Source: an uncultured virus (IMG/VR IMGVR_UViG_3300024496_000014)
Taxonomy: Duplodnaviria > Heunggongvirae > Uroviricota > Caudoviricetes
Virus record (IMG/VR): IMGVR_UViG_3300024496_000014
Length of the DNA stretch: 64,000 nucleotides
Direction: 5' to 3' (one strand)
Shown: piece after piece, positions 1 to 9,186 of the stretch
Layout of the letters: each line of letters begins with the position of its first letter
Numbering within the stretch: the stretch's first letter is position 1
Position numbers and translations under genes: made by a program
The notes under the pieces: generated by a model
What the model was told of the DNA's origin: nothing
Database searches by the model: none
The model's input: only the letters and a program-made list of their open reading frames with translations

Positions 1-68
1 ATCTAGTTCTTCGCCCTCTAGTTCACGTACATAAACAGGAGCATAAAATAAGTGTAGTTTTTGTGATT

Positions 69-680
69 TCATTTGAATACCAAGTAAGTTGAAAGAATGT
101 ATTTGGTTTGTCCGTCTTGGGGCATAAGCCCTGCATGAGGAAAATGCCAAGTGGGTGTGAATATACAGAGCCGACCTCGACGAGCAGCCACGGTCATGTT
201 TTCCAAAGGAAACTCTGTGCCAGCGTCCGAATCGTTGAGATAAAACAAACAGGCCAAAAATCTAGATGAAGTTTCTAGGGTAGTATTATCAGCGTGTAGT
301 TTAAACTCATGACGACCATTGGGTCTATAGCATTTGATTCTAAAACCCTCTAGGGCAAAGTCATAGGGCAAGATGTTTAGAGTGTCCCAATCACGCTTAT
401 AGTCACTGACCAAGGGTATGACCCTAGCTGAGAGTTGATCGCAGGTCTCAGTCCAATCATAGGCCCAGTGGCTGCTTTTCTTATAAAGATCCCAGGGATT
501 ACGAGCCTGAGGGTGGCGTGTAGAGTGTAGATCTAATTCAATTAATTTGGCCCACTCGCCCGGACGTTCCTTATGGAATCGAGCGCAGAGTTCAAAGGCC
601 TTGACCATTTCATCGCAGAATTCTGGGTCAAGGGCAGCGTCAATGACCCGTATGTAGTTTTTGTCGTAGACTATTTCCAT
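69..680 (-). CDS. 2OG-Fe(II) oxygenase (prolyl-4-hydroxylase-like)
   Basis: HAD (HxD) motif, ACLFYLND..GTEF, distal H in FPHAG and terminal K/Y strand. Confidence 0.8.
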   Translation of the reverse strand: MEIVYDKNYIRVIDAALDPEFCDEMVKAFELCARFHKERPGEWAKLIELDLHSTRHPQARNPWDLYKKSSHWAYDWTETCDQLSARVIPLVSDYKRDWDTLNILPYDFALEGFRIKCYRPNGRHEFKLHADNTTLETSSRFLACLFYLNDSDAGTEFPLENMTVAARRGRLCIFTPTWHFPHAGLMPQDGQTKYILSTYLVFK

Positions 681-700
681 GCAGTATTTACTGCTGGGGC

Positions 701-1543
701 CTAGCTGCCAAATACGATTGTGAATGCTGTTTGTCTAAGGGCCAGGTTATCCACATAGGCCTTGGTAGTGGCCTGAAGGGGTTCTGTTACTGCTTCTGTT
801 AGGCTAAGGGTACCCAGGGTAGTTATGTGTAGCCATTGGGGGTCTGTGTATTCTTGAGTTTCTAAAACAGCACCCTCTTGATAGGGCCCTGTTTCAAGCT
901 CAAAGTTTAAGACATAGTCAGGGCCAGTGCCTTCAATGGTCACTGAGCTGCCCGAGCCCGAGGGTCTAGTTGTAACAGAGCCTATGCTGATCTCAGGTGC
1001 AGGGCCTGCGACATAGCCAGCTACCTGTTCACGCCCATCCGACCAGCGATATATGAGATTGCCCGTGGCTGTGTCTACTCTAAGACTTTCTATTTGCTGA
1101 GCTGCGGCCGAAGTTTGTACCACTTCTGTAGTGATCAGCTGTGCCCTAGGCGTTTGAGCAGTTTCATCGCTGACCAAGCCTGAGGTAGTCAAAGCCCAGG
1201 TTAGGCTAAGATTTTCAGCTGTGACAATGTTGTCTGTGGTTAATAGTTCAAGGGGAAACTGAGTGCCCAGAACTGATCTGCCCTTGCGAATGTTCTGTTG
1301 ATAATGATCAAACCAAGCACGTGACCAATCAATTCTATTCTTATACTCTTCACGGTCTATGGTGATGCTGACAATGGTCTGTCCTAGCAGATCCGAGCTA
1401 GGCGGGTTAGCTGTGCGTATTTCCTTACTGGTAAATTTAAGCGCAACTTCTCGAATGGCTCTAGCATTGGCCCTAGTGGGTGTAACTCCTGAGCGTATCA
1501 AGGAGTCTGTGAGCACACGATGTTGATTTTTGGTAAGAGCCAT
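701..1543 (-). CDS. Hypothetical protein, C-terminus resembling tail-fibre/virion proteins
   Basis: 280-aa ORF; ISIGSVTT..GSSVTIEGT..VLNF and ATTKAYVD motifs typical of fibre proteins; TAAATA-N5-ATG upstream. Confidence 0.45.
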   Translation of the reverse strand: MALTKNQHRVLTDSLIRSGVTPTRANARAIREVALKFTSKEIRTANPPSSDLLGQTIVSITIDREEYKNRIDWSRAWFDHYQQNIRKGRSVLGTQFPLELLTTDNIVTAENLSLTWALTTSGLVSDETAQTPRAQLITTEVVQTSAAAQQIESLRVDTATGNLIYRWSDGREQVAGYVAGPAPEISIGSVTTRPSGSGSSVTIEGTGPDYVLNFELETGPYQEGAVLETQEYTDPQWLHITTLGTLSLTEAVTEPLQATTKAYVDNLALRQTAFTIVFGS

Positions 1544-1555
1544 ACTAGTATTTAA

Positions 1556-1771
1556 TTAAACCCAGCTGCGACTATGACTTCTAGATAATTCTGGGTATTT
1601 GATTTCAAAGAACACACGATTACGATCAGGCACAAAAAAGTCTATGTCGCCCCCAGGTTGTATACTGAGAAAGCCACCCCACGCTTGTACATCACGCCAA
1701 ATCTGTTCAGGATCTAACCCATGTCGAAAGTGATGATATCTATAACAATGATCTGTGATCTGAATCGCCAT
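1556..1771 (-). CDS. Hypothetical protein (probable start MAIQIT)
   Basis: ORF; TAAGTA-N4-ATG at 1781-1769 supports the shorter start. Confidence 0.5.
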   Translation of the reverse strand: MAIQITDHCYRYHHFRHGLDPEQIWRDVQAWGGFLSIQPGGDIDFFVPDRNRVFFEIKYPELSRSHSRSWV

Positions 1772-1958
1772 CCTGTACTTATCCAAAATGGCCGAGCATA
1801 ATTCTATAAGCCGCGAAGCGGCAGCGGTAGCGCCATAAATATCAAATGAGGAAATTGCTGTTAATTTTAACTCTAGGCCTAGAGGCATGCTCACAGCTTT
1901 GCCCACAGGGCCTTACAGAAGATCCACATAGAGTGTGTGTGCAGATAAGGATACAGGT

Positions 1959-2216
1959 ATGAAACAACAGGTTTGGTATCTGGTGCATAAAGACACCCAA
2001 AGACGCTTAAAGTACTACAGGTCTCTTGCGGGTGCTCGTATAGCACAAAGAGCACGTAATCATAGACTGGGCTTTATTGAGCGTGTAGAGCGTGTAGAGA
2101 TATGGGATAACTGGGAAGTGGAAAGGTGCAAAAATAAAGCGGGTCTTATCTTAGAAGCAACTTGGTGTATAGTAGAAGACACCGTGGACATTGAGGATTT
2201 ATATGCAGAAGAATGA
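1959..2216 (+). CDS. Hypothetical protein
   Basis: ORF with AAGGA/AGGT upstream of ATG 1959. Confidence 0.55.
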   Translation: MKQQVWYLVHKDTQRRLKYYRSLAGARIAQRARNHRLGFIERVERVEIWDNWEVERCKNKAGLILEATWCIVEDTVDIEDLYAEE

Positions 2217-2332
2217 TACGAAACTACAAGCATTACTAGCAAGTATAGTCTTAGTCTTGGTCTACTGGCTGTTTTGGATCATAACACATTAAATACTTGT
2301 ATAACAACAAACAACTACGCAGGAGCGTGTAT

Positions 2333-2536
2333 ATGCGTAATCCAGAAGAAATTTCTAAATGGGTAAGAACAGAACTGGCTAGAGTAAATCCCTATACAGA
2401 TAAACTTAGAGCACATCTTTGGGCAGTGGGTTTTCTAAGTTCAATTATAGCTAGTCTAATATGGGCAGACTCTAAGAACTTGACGAGTTTTAGACTGGCT
2501 GTGGCTGCTAAACTCAAAGAACAAGATAGACTATGA
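2333..2536 (+). CDS. Hypothetical protein
   Basis: AGGAGCG RBS at 2321-2327. Confidence 0.55.
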   Translation: MRNPEEISKWVRTELARVNPYTDKLRAHLWAVGFLSSIIASLIWADSKNLTSFRLAVAAKLKEQDRL

Positions 2537-2544
2537 CCTATAAT

Positions 2545-3299
2545 GGCCCCGCTGTAGAATCAACGTGTACATATATGTAGTATAGGCCTAAAGGCCGAGG
2601 GAACTATATATACATTCTTACTGAAGGATAAGAATCAAAGATTCTTACTGAGCTGTAGACGTTGATTTTACTGGGGTTTTGCAGCTGGGTCAGTAAGTAG
2701 CAAAAAGTGTGATTTACTGAGCCTAGACTCGCGTACAGGCCCCGCTGCGTAGGGTGTGCGCAAGGAAAAAGTGCAGAAAAGTGTGATAAAGTGTGAAATT
2801 GTGTGGTATTTGAACTATGCCTCATAACCAATTCACCACGGTAGAGTCTACACTAAAAGATTCTAGCCTAGACTCTGCTCAAACGATTCAGAATCCACCA
2901 TTTCTCAGGGAGAATCCACCGTGAATCCACCGTGAACTAGTGCTCTTAAACCAGTCTACGGTAGGCGCAAAGTGGCCCCGCTGCTGTAGATTGTGGTTGA
3001 CATACTCACGTAATGACTATATAATATCGCATATGACACAAAGAGAAGTATTTGAATATAACAATGAAGAAGAAGCCGAAATGGCTCAGATTCATAGTCT
3101 ACACATTAATCAGAACGCTATAGATTCTGTACAAGCAGAGTTGGCTCGTCAAAGATCACAGCCTAGTCTAGAGGAATGTGAAGACTGCGGTGAAGCTATT
3201 CCACAGGCTAGACAGCAAATGGTCCCAGGTTGTACACGCTGCGTATACTGCCAAGGCTTATTTGAGCGTCGTAGAGCTGGATACTAATAGGCCCCGCTG
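2545..3299. repeat. Repeat-rich intergenic region: GGCCCCGCTG x4 (2545, 2738, 2974, 3290), GAATCCACC x3, AAAGTGTGA-like tandem
   Basis: Exact repeats read directly; fifth GGCCCCGCTG at 11683. Confidence 0.75.
3033..3287 (+). CDS. TraR/DksA-family C4 zinc-finger protein
   Basis: CEDCGEAIPQARQQMVPGCTRCVYCQ signature; acidic N-terminal helix. Confidence 0.88.
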   Translation: MTQREVFEYNNEEEAEMAQIHSLHINQNAIDSVQAELARQRSQPSLEECEDCGEAIPQARQQMVPGCTRCVYCQGLFERRRAGY

Positions 3300-3356
3300 C
3301 TATACACACGTACATGTATGCAAAAGAAAAGACTATTATCTAAAAGCAGAGACTCT

Positions 3357-3656
3357 ATGACCCTACCTGATGAACGTTATCGCGCTGTAGAGCAAACACA
3401 GCGTTTTCTAGAATCACTATTAGATTCTGCACAAACTCCCAGAGTACCCAAAAAGATCCGAGATTCAGCAAGAAGTCTGCTGCGCCACTATCCCTCACGT
3501 TGGGATCTAGATCGTGCAGCAGCAGCTAGTCCTGATGTTTTTATACGTAGACTTGATCCCTTGTACAAGATGGTCAAGACTCATGACATGCAGCAGCGTA
3601 TGGCCGAGGATGTGGAAGAAGATCTACGTGAAGCTAAGAATAGAGGTGAACTATGA
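3357..3656 (+). CDS. Conserved phage protein (MTLPDER...RHYP family)
   Basis: MTLPDERYRAV...PRVPK.IR..ARSLLRHYP pattern. Confidence 0.6.
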   Translation: MTLPDERYRAVEQTQRFLESLLDSAQTPRVPKKIRDSARSLLRHYPSRWDLDRAAAASPDVFIRRLDPLYKMVKTHDMQQRMAEDVEEDLREAKNRGEL

Positions 3657-3835
3657 CTAGGATAAAGATTGTTCAACCGGTGGAAGCGGACGGGGAAGTG
3701 GCTATGACTCCAGAAGAACTAGCACTAGCACAGGCTCGTCAACGTGCTGCGCTGGTGCCTAAATACGGGGAACCTGGCTGGAATCCTGATGCTCGCGACC
3801 CCGACACTGACACCTTACCCAATCAATAATTAATT

Positions 3836-3912
3836 CACGCATTAGCTCAGTTGGATAGAGCAACAGCCTTCTAAGCTGTGGGTCAGGGGTTCGAATCCCT
3901 TATGCGTGGCCA
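3836..3912 (+). tRNA. tRNA-Arg (UCU)
   Basis: Acceptor CACGCAT/ATGCGTG, D arm TAGCTCAGTTGGATAGAGC, anticodon stem ACAGC-CTTCTAA-GCTGT, GGTTCGAATCC T arm, encoded CCA. Confidence 0.95.
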
Positions 3913-3916
3913 GTTA

Positions 3917-3994
<78 letters not shown>

Positions 3995-4001
3995 CTTGAG
4001 A

Positions 4002-4034
4002 AACCCTATAGTCAACTCAGCTATAGGGTTTTTT
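4002..4034 (+). terminator. Intrinsic terminator after tRNA pair
   Basis: AACCCTATAG/CTATAGGGTT stem followed by T-run. Confidence 0.8.
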
Positions 4035-4301
4035 CTTGTCCAAACGGCTGTGATCGTGTACAATATGCATTTAAACAAGGACAGCAATGACAGCACTACA
4101 GCAAAAGTTCTACGCTGCGTTAGCCTCGCTACAGCAGCACACAAATTTAGATGACGAAGAACAGCAAGACGCAATTGCTGCACTCGCGCAGCTAATCGAG
4201 GATCACGTCAAATAACCCTAGGCCCTCTAGGGTCTTAGACAAAATTGGTTGACATTTTGGCGCAGAGATCGTACAATATACATATGTTGAAGGAGCGGCG
4301 A

Positions 4302-4622
4302 ATGCGAGCAAAGAGATCAGATCGTAATCACATCATCTATGAACTACGTGTTAACGGTGAGAACTACATTGGTGTCACAGCCAAGACTGAATCAACTATT
4401 AATAAGAGTGTTCGCGCTCGTGCTGCCAAGCACTTCTATCGTGCCAAAACAGAAACTAAGAATTGGCTGCTTTGCTCAGCTCTACGCAAGCTCAACAGCA
4501 AAGAAGAAATTGAAATCATTGTTCACGAGATTGTTCGTGGCAAAGCCCTGGCCCATAAGCGCGAAGTAGAAATCCGCAGACTGGTAGGCCCTACACTAAA
4601 CACAGACACACGAGGAGACTAA
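4302..4622 (+). CDS. GIY-YIG-like nuclease domain protein
   Basis: IIYELRVNGENYIGVT, conserved R..H and distal E..LN; AAGGAGCG RBS. Confidence 0.65.
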   Translation: MRAKRSDRNHIIYELRVNGENYIGVTAKTESTINKSVRARAAKHFYRAKTETKNWLLCSALRKLNSKEEIEIIVHEIVRGKALAHKREVEIRRLVGPTLNTDTRGD

Positions 4623-4623
4623 C

Positions 4624-4878
4624 ATGGACTTGACCGTAGAAATGTATCGTATAGATCGTCGCTGCAAAGCGGGCCGAGTACTAGTAATGAAGCAGGACTA
4701 CACAGACGTGAGCTGGGCCCAAATGGAGCGCATGTACCCACGTCGTCCACGCTACATCGTAGAGTTTCACGAGACTTGGGTTACAAAGACTAACCTTATG
4801 ACGGGCTTGCCCTATCAGGAACGTTACGATACCCCACATTGCTGTTCAGCAGCCAGCGAGACCTACTGGAGCATGTAG
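4624..4878 (+). CDS. Conserved phage hypothetical protein
   Basis: ORF, GGAG RBS; C-terminal TPHCCSAASETYWSM motif. Confidence 0.65.
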   Translation: MDLTVEMYRIDRRCKAGRVLVMKQDYTDVSWAQMERMYPRRPRYIVEFHETWVTKTNLMTGLPYQERYDTPHCCSAASETYWSM

Positions 4879-4938
4879 GGGTTGACAACTAGGAATTTTG
4901 GCAGTATAATACAGGCTTACAACGTTAAGGAGCGACCT

Positions 4939-5115
4939 ATGACTAACCCAATCCCTTCTAGCAACATTTGGCACACACCCGCAGATCTCAACGAGCTGCA
5001 GGATATGATCAATCAGTTCACAGGCCAGGAAGCTGCGCTGGCTGCACACGTGATGATGTTGACCCTGAACACCTGCCACAAATTAGTCGATGAAGCTATC
5101 AAGGAGGCCGCATGA
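4939..5115 (+). CDS. Hypothetical protein
   Basis: Promoter at 4882, AAGGAGCGA RBS. Confidence 0.65.
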   Translation: MTNPIPSSNIWHTPADLNELQDMINQFTGQEAALAAHVMMLTLNTCHKLVDEAIKEAA

Positions 5116-5477
5116 GGTACTGGGACGAACTGCTGCGCGAGCAGCGTAATGGTCTAACCGTGATCGTGGACAAGACCTGGGAAGACTGCTCTATTCGCGA
5201 TCTCTTTGATGAAAGCTGCTGTGATGTAGAGGACCTGGAACGTAAGGTTAACAGGGGCGATTTGGATTGGTTTATGCTCAGAGCTCGCGTCATGTACAAT
5301 GATCTGGAACTGGGCTCAGAGATCTGTGGAGGGTTCCTCTACGAAGATGCTCGCGATGTGCTGCGTGATGGTATGGCTGACGAGATGATCTGGCAAGCAG
5401 AGGAAGAAGCCAAACGACAATTACCCGGCCTTATTGAAGGGTTATTGCGTGTAGAGGTTGACAAATTGGCTGCGTGA
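5112..5477 (+). CDS. Hypothetical acidic protein
   Basis: AAGGAGG RBS, ATGA overlap with upstream stop. Confidence 0.7.
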   Translation: MRYWDELLREQRNGLTVIVDKTWEDCSIRDLFDESCCDVEDLERKVNRGDLDWFMLRARVMYNDLELGSEICGGFLYEDARDVLRDGMADEMIWQAEEEAKRQLPGLIEGLLRVEVDKLAA

Positions 5478-5513
5478 GCATACAATAGAGACTTAGCAAC
5501 AAAGGAGCGCGAT

Positions 5514-5852
5514 ATGCAGACACTTTTTAGCACAGCAGGCGACGGCTTGTGGAGCAACGTAGCAAAGCCTGTACACATTGTAGACATGCAACTTGCCTAC
5601 ATTAACGACGAGAGAGATTTTGGCGAGCTGCGTGTTTACTTTAACACTAAGTTTTGGGACGTTAACAAAGACGGTCTCATTTACACAGACAGCAACTTTA
5701 TTGAAGAACTGCGCAATTTTTTAATTGCACAAGAACTAACTGACGACTGCGACTACAGCGAGCAAGGCATGCAGGGAGACAACTACGTTAGCTTAGACGT
5801 GGGAGAGGGCTTTATTGCTGCGTGGGATGCAAAGTTTAACTTGTTTGCATAA
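5514..5852 (+). CDS. Hypothetical protein
   Basis: Own promoter and AAGGAGCG RBS. Confidence 0.72.
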   Translation: MQTLFSTAGDGLWSNVAKPVHIVDMQLAYINDERDFGELRVYFNTKFWDVNKDGLIYTDSNFIEELRNFLIAQELTDDCDYSEQGMQGDNYVSLDVGEGFIAAWDAKFNLFA

Positions 5853-5924
5853 GCACAAAACGGGGGTTGACAACAGCCCCCGTTTATAGTACAATAGACA
5901 CACATTAACACAAAGGAGCGTGAA

Positions 5925-6347
5925 ATGGCTACTCGAAGCACTATTGCAATGGAGCAACCCGACGGTCGCGTAATGCAGATCTACTGCCACTGGGACGGTT
6001 ACCTTGATCACAACGGAGAGATCCTTCAGGAGCACTATCGTGATCGCGCTAAGGTTTTGGCACTCATGTATCTGGGCGATATCAGCTCCTTAGCTCCTAG
6101 CATCGGAGAACCGCACGATTGGGACAACTGCCCTGAGGGTGTCTGCAACGCCTACGGACGCGATCGTGGCGAATCGGGCTGTGAAGCTCGTGTGTTCAAG
6201 GACTTTGAGGACTACAAGGCCAACCACCAGTACGAAGAATACGAGTATATCTTCCGTTCGGACGATCAGTGGTATGTTTCCGAATACAGCCGAGCCTACC
6301 GCGCACTTGAGCAGGTGCTGGCAGAAGCAGAAACCCTAGAGGATTAA
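5925..6347 (+). CDS. Conserved phage protein (MATRS...IYCHWDGY family)
   Basis: Recognisable motif; own promoter and RBS. Confidence 0.72.
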   Translation: MATRSTIAMEQPDGRVMQIYCHWDGYLDHNGEILQEHYRDRAKVLALMYLGDISSLAPSIGEPHDWDNCPEGVCNAYGRDRGESGCEARVFKDFEDYKANHQYEEYEYIFRSDDQWYVSEYSRAYRALEQVLAEAETLED

Positions 6348-6428
6348 GGGTTATTACTGAATGGGGTTGACAACAGCCTCATTTGGTAATATAATAGAGG
6401 TATGTTCAACAAATGCATAGGAGCGAAA

Positions 6429-7502
6429 ATGCCAGCAGTAATTGAGATTCGTGAGGGTTCGTATAAGATCCGTGGCTCAGATGTGAGCATGGCCGGTAAC
6501 CGTTTCGAACTAGTAGAGCAATACAAAGAAGGTGCTCAGGGTGGTTATGTAACCGTAGAAGGTGGCTCTGTACAGCCTGCTAACCCTGGCATTCCAGATC
6601 GTAAGATCCGTATTCGTTGCAGTTCAGCACAAAGTTACATGATTGTCGCCGGTGAAGTGCCAGCAATGCCCGCAGGTGATAAAAGTTTGGAGCAGATTAA
6701 AATTTCAGATAATGCCGTAGCACACGAAACGGACGAGCAGATCATCGAACGTCTTCGTAACCGTTTTGACGTGCTCAAAGATATGACCAAAGCAGTCAAA
6801 GAAGGTACCGTGCGAGCTATGATCGTCACAGGCCCTCCAGGCGTGGGCAAGAGCTTTGGTGTAGAAGAAGTACTAAGCAAGGACGATCTCTTTGATATGA
6901 TGGGTCAGCGCAAGCCCAAATATGAGATTGTCAAAGGCGCAATGTCAGCAGTGGGTCTGTACAGCAAGCTCTATCACTACAGCGAAAAAGGCAATGTTAT
7001 CGTGTTTGATGACTGCGACTCTGTGCTGTTGGATGACCTTAGCCTTAATATTTTGAAGGCTGCTCTGGACTCTAGCAAGAAGCGTACTATCTCTTGGAAC
7101 ACTGACAGCCGTGTTCTGCGTTCAGAAGGAGTGCCAGATCGCTTTGAATTTAAAGCAGGCGCTATCTTTATCACTAACATCAAGTTTGAGAATGTGCGTT
7201 CTAAGAAACTGCAGGATCACCTTGCCGCTCTTGAAAGCCGTTGCCACTACATTGATCTTCAAATGGACACAGATCGCGAAAAGGTCTTGCGCATTAAGCA
7301 GATCACCCAAGATGGCATGTTGGACAGCTACGAGTTTGAAGACTGCGTTAAGGATGAGATCATTGATTACATTCTTGAAAAACGAGCACAAATGCGTGAG
7401 CTGAGCCTGCGTACGGTACTCAAGGTAGCAGACCTGCGCAAGAGCTTTCCTACAAATTGGAAGAGCATGGCAGAAGTTACCGTTATGAAGCGAGGTGCCT
7501 AA
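6429..7502 (+). CDS. AAA+ ATPase
   Basis: Walker A GPPGVGKS, Walker B VIVFDDCD, sensor IFITN, Arg finger ALESR. Confidence 0.85.
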   Translation: MPAVIEIREGSYKIRGSDVSMAGNRFELVEQYKEGAQGGYVTVEGGSVQPANPGIPDRKIRIRCSSAQSYMIVAGEVPAMPAGDKSLEQIKISDNAVAHETDEQIIERLRNRFDVLKDMTKAVKEGTVRAMIVTGPPGVGKSFGVEEVLSKDDLFDMMGQRKPKYEIVKGAMSAVGLYSKLYHYSEKGNVIVFDDCDSVLLDDLSLNILKAALDSSKKRTISWNTDSRVLRSEGVPDRFEFKAGAIFITNIKFENVRSKKLQDHLAALESRCHYIDLQMDTDREKVLRIKQITQDGMLDSYEFEDCVKDEIIDYILEKRAQMRELSLRTVLKVADLRKSFPTNWKSMAEVTVMKRGA

Positions 7503-7744
7503 TGGAAGGCCCGTCTAAGACCTGTACTTGGATTGGGCCCGAGCAGGACCCTTTGAAGCACTGGCCCATTCATTACTGCGGGTGTCCTAGTGTTCAAGGG
7601 TCTAGCTACTGCGCTGATCACTACTGGAAGGTCTATGCTCGAGGCACTTCAGTTAACGGCCGTCGACGTGAACGTGCCATAGAGCAAGAGATTCAACAAC
7701 TTAAACAAGCACAAGAGCTTGAGGAGTATGAAAATGAAAACTAA
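7502..7744 (+). CDS. GcrA C-terminal-like zinc-binding protein
   Basis: CTWIG..DP..YCG.P...GSSYCADH...Y resembles the GcrA CxWPxGDP..FCG..YCxxH pattern. Confidence 0.55.
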   Translation: MEGPSKTCTWIGPEQDPLKHWPIHYCGCPSVQGSSYCADHYWKVYARGTSVNGRRRERAIEQEIQQLKQAQELEEYENEN

Positions 7745-7934
7745 CATCTTTACAATTGCCCTGCTGGCGCTTGTAATCGTATTCTTTTTTGCCGTAGGTC
7801 CTATCCTGGTAATTTGGAGTATGAATACACTATTCCCCGTGTTGGCCATTCCGTATACGTTTTGGACATGGTTAAGCGTGGTCTTGCTCGGCGCATTCTT
7901 TCGAGCAAATGTTTCCATTAAACGGAAAGATTGA
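7728..7934 (+). CDS. Small membrane protein
   Basis: Two hydrophobic segments; GAGGAG RBS. Confidence 0.65.
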   Translation: MKMKTNIFTIALLALVIVFFFAVGPILVIWSMNTLFPVLAIPYTFWTWLSVVLLGAFFRANVSIKRKD

Positions 7935-8014
7935 GGTTGCTATTTTACAACAAGAATGCTACTATATTGACACGCTGTGGAACACAGCCATATAACATAA
8001 AGGAAAACACAGAC

Positions 8015-8290
8015 ATGAAACGTATCTCTAAAGACTCAAAGACTTTTAAGATTTTTACTGCACTACAAAATGGTGACAAACTAACTGCAAGCCAAGCTGA
8101 GAAGCGTTTTGGCGTAAAGAACCTGGCTGCTGAAGCAAGCCGTCTCCGCCAAGCTGGTTATGCTGTTTATGCTAACTCTCGCAAGGCAGGTAATGGTGTT
8201 ACCGTTACTGAGTATGAACTAGGCCGTCCTTCACGCGAGATCGTTGCTCTAGGCTACTTAGCTCGTAACATGGGCATGACATTGGCTTAA
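8015..8290 (+). CDS. Winged helix-turn-helix DNA-binding protein
   Basis: LQNGDKLTASQAEKRFGVKNLAAEASRLRQAGYAV wHTH pattern. Confidence 0.7.
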   Translation: MKRISKDSKTFKIFTALQNGDKLTASQAEKRFGVKNLAAEASRLRQAGYAVYANSRKAGNGVTVTEYELGRPSREIVALGYLARNMGMTLA

Positions 8291-8299
8291 TAGGTCGCT

Positions 8300-8338
8300 C
8301 CACAAAACCAAGCCGATTCGCTCCCGGGGCGGTTTTGG
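8300..8338 (+). ncRNA. 3'-UTR hairpin with ATTCGCTCC loop (copy 1)
   Basis: AAAACC/GGTTTT outer stem, CCG/CGG closing stem; loop identical to copy at 14254. Confidence 0.55.
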
Positions 8339-8366
8339 AATAGGGTCCTAAGGGCCCTATTTTTTT
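8339..8366 (+). terminator. Intrinsic terminator
   Basis: AATAGGGTCC-TAA-GGGCCCTATT then T-run. Confidence 0.82.
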
Positions 8367-8373
8367 GGCCGTT

Positions 8374-8405
8374 TGTTGCAAAAAAGCCACAGGCCGGCAC
8401 TCTCC
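8374..8405. promoter_or_regulatory. Palindromic operator TGT(T/G)G(C/T)-N6-GC(A/C)ACA with adjacent GAGTGCCGG; other copies at 10325-10356 and 11638-11671
   Basis: Three composite copies read directly. Confidence 0.65.
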
Positions 8406-8461
8406 AAAATGGTTGACAGAACTGCTGTTTGATGGTATAATAGAGTTATTGTTAAGGAGCG

Positions 8462-9109
8462 ATGATGAGCACATTTACAGCAGATCAAGTTTGGGGCCTA
8501 GCTGTTAGGGCTGATACACAGAATGGCGGCTACTGCAAAGAGCCTGTATTCGCTGCTACCGCTACACACGGGATCGATTACAATAACGTGATCAAACAAG
8601 CCAACAAGGTTCTGGTCAAGAACTGGCTCAGAGAGAATGCTCAGCCTACAGCAGAAGAGATCACTCTTGGCCAAGAGTATCGTAACTATTTCAAAACATT
8701 CACCCTCAAAGCACTCACTGGCAAGATCAATGACTTTGAGACCACAGCTATGAAGATTGCAGCCAAAGACGAGTTCACTGGCCGTGATATGTTGGACTTT
8801 GCTGTTGTCAGCTGTTTACCCAGCGTAGCTCGTCGTGATAAGGCCCAAACAGAGCTCAAGCGAGAGATCTATCAAAGCGAGCAACTCTCCGGCGCTGTAG
8901 GTGATGAGATCGTAGGGGAGATCGAAGTGATCCGCACACGATTCAACCCTGAATACAACAAGTATCGCATCACTGCTCGTATGGGTGAGAGCTTTATTGA
9001 TTTTTGGTACAAGGATGATGTCAAAGGCACTATCCGTATCAAGGGCAAGATCAAGAATGTTCGTGGCGATAAAACAACACAGCTCAACTATGTTAAAAAA
9101 GTTGGTTGA
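8462..9109 (+). CDS. Conserved phage protein with possible C-terminal OB-fold
   Basis: ORF ends IRIKGKIK...TQLNYVK; own promoter and RBS. Confidence 0.6.
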   Translation: MMSTFTADQVWGLAVRADTQNGGYCKEPVFAATATHGIDYNNVIKQANKVLVKNWLRENAQPTAEEITLGQEYRNYFKTFTLKALTGKINDFETTAMKIAAKDEFTGRDMLDFAVVSCLPSVARRDKAQTELKREIYQSEQLSGAVGDEIVGEIEVIRTRFNPEYNKYRITARMGESFIDFWYKDDVKGTIRIKGKIKNVRGDKTTQLNYVKKVG

Positions 9110-9186
9110 CAACTGCACCAAGAGGTGCTACAATAATGATACTGGGAAAGTAATTGTTTTAACTCTTTTTATTAGCGAGGTCTAGA

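Noticed and set aside
2537..3000. Possible CRISPR or mini-array
   Set aside because: Repeats are 9-11 bp with irregular spacing; no 25-40 bp repeat-spacer periodicity and no cas genes in the window
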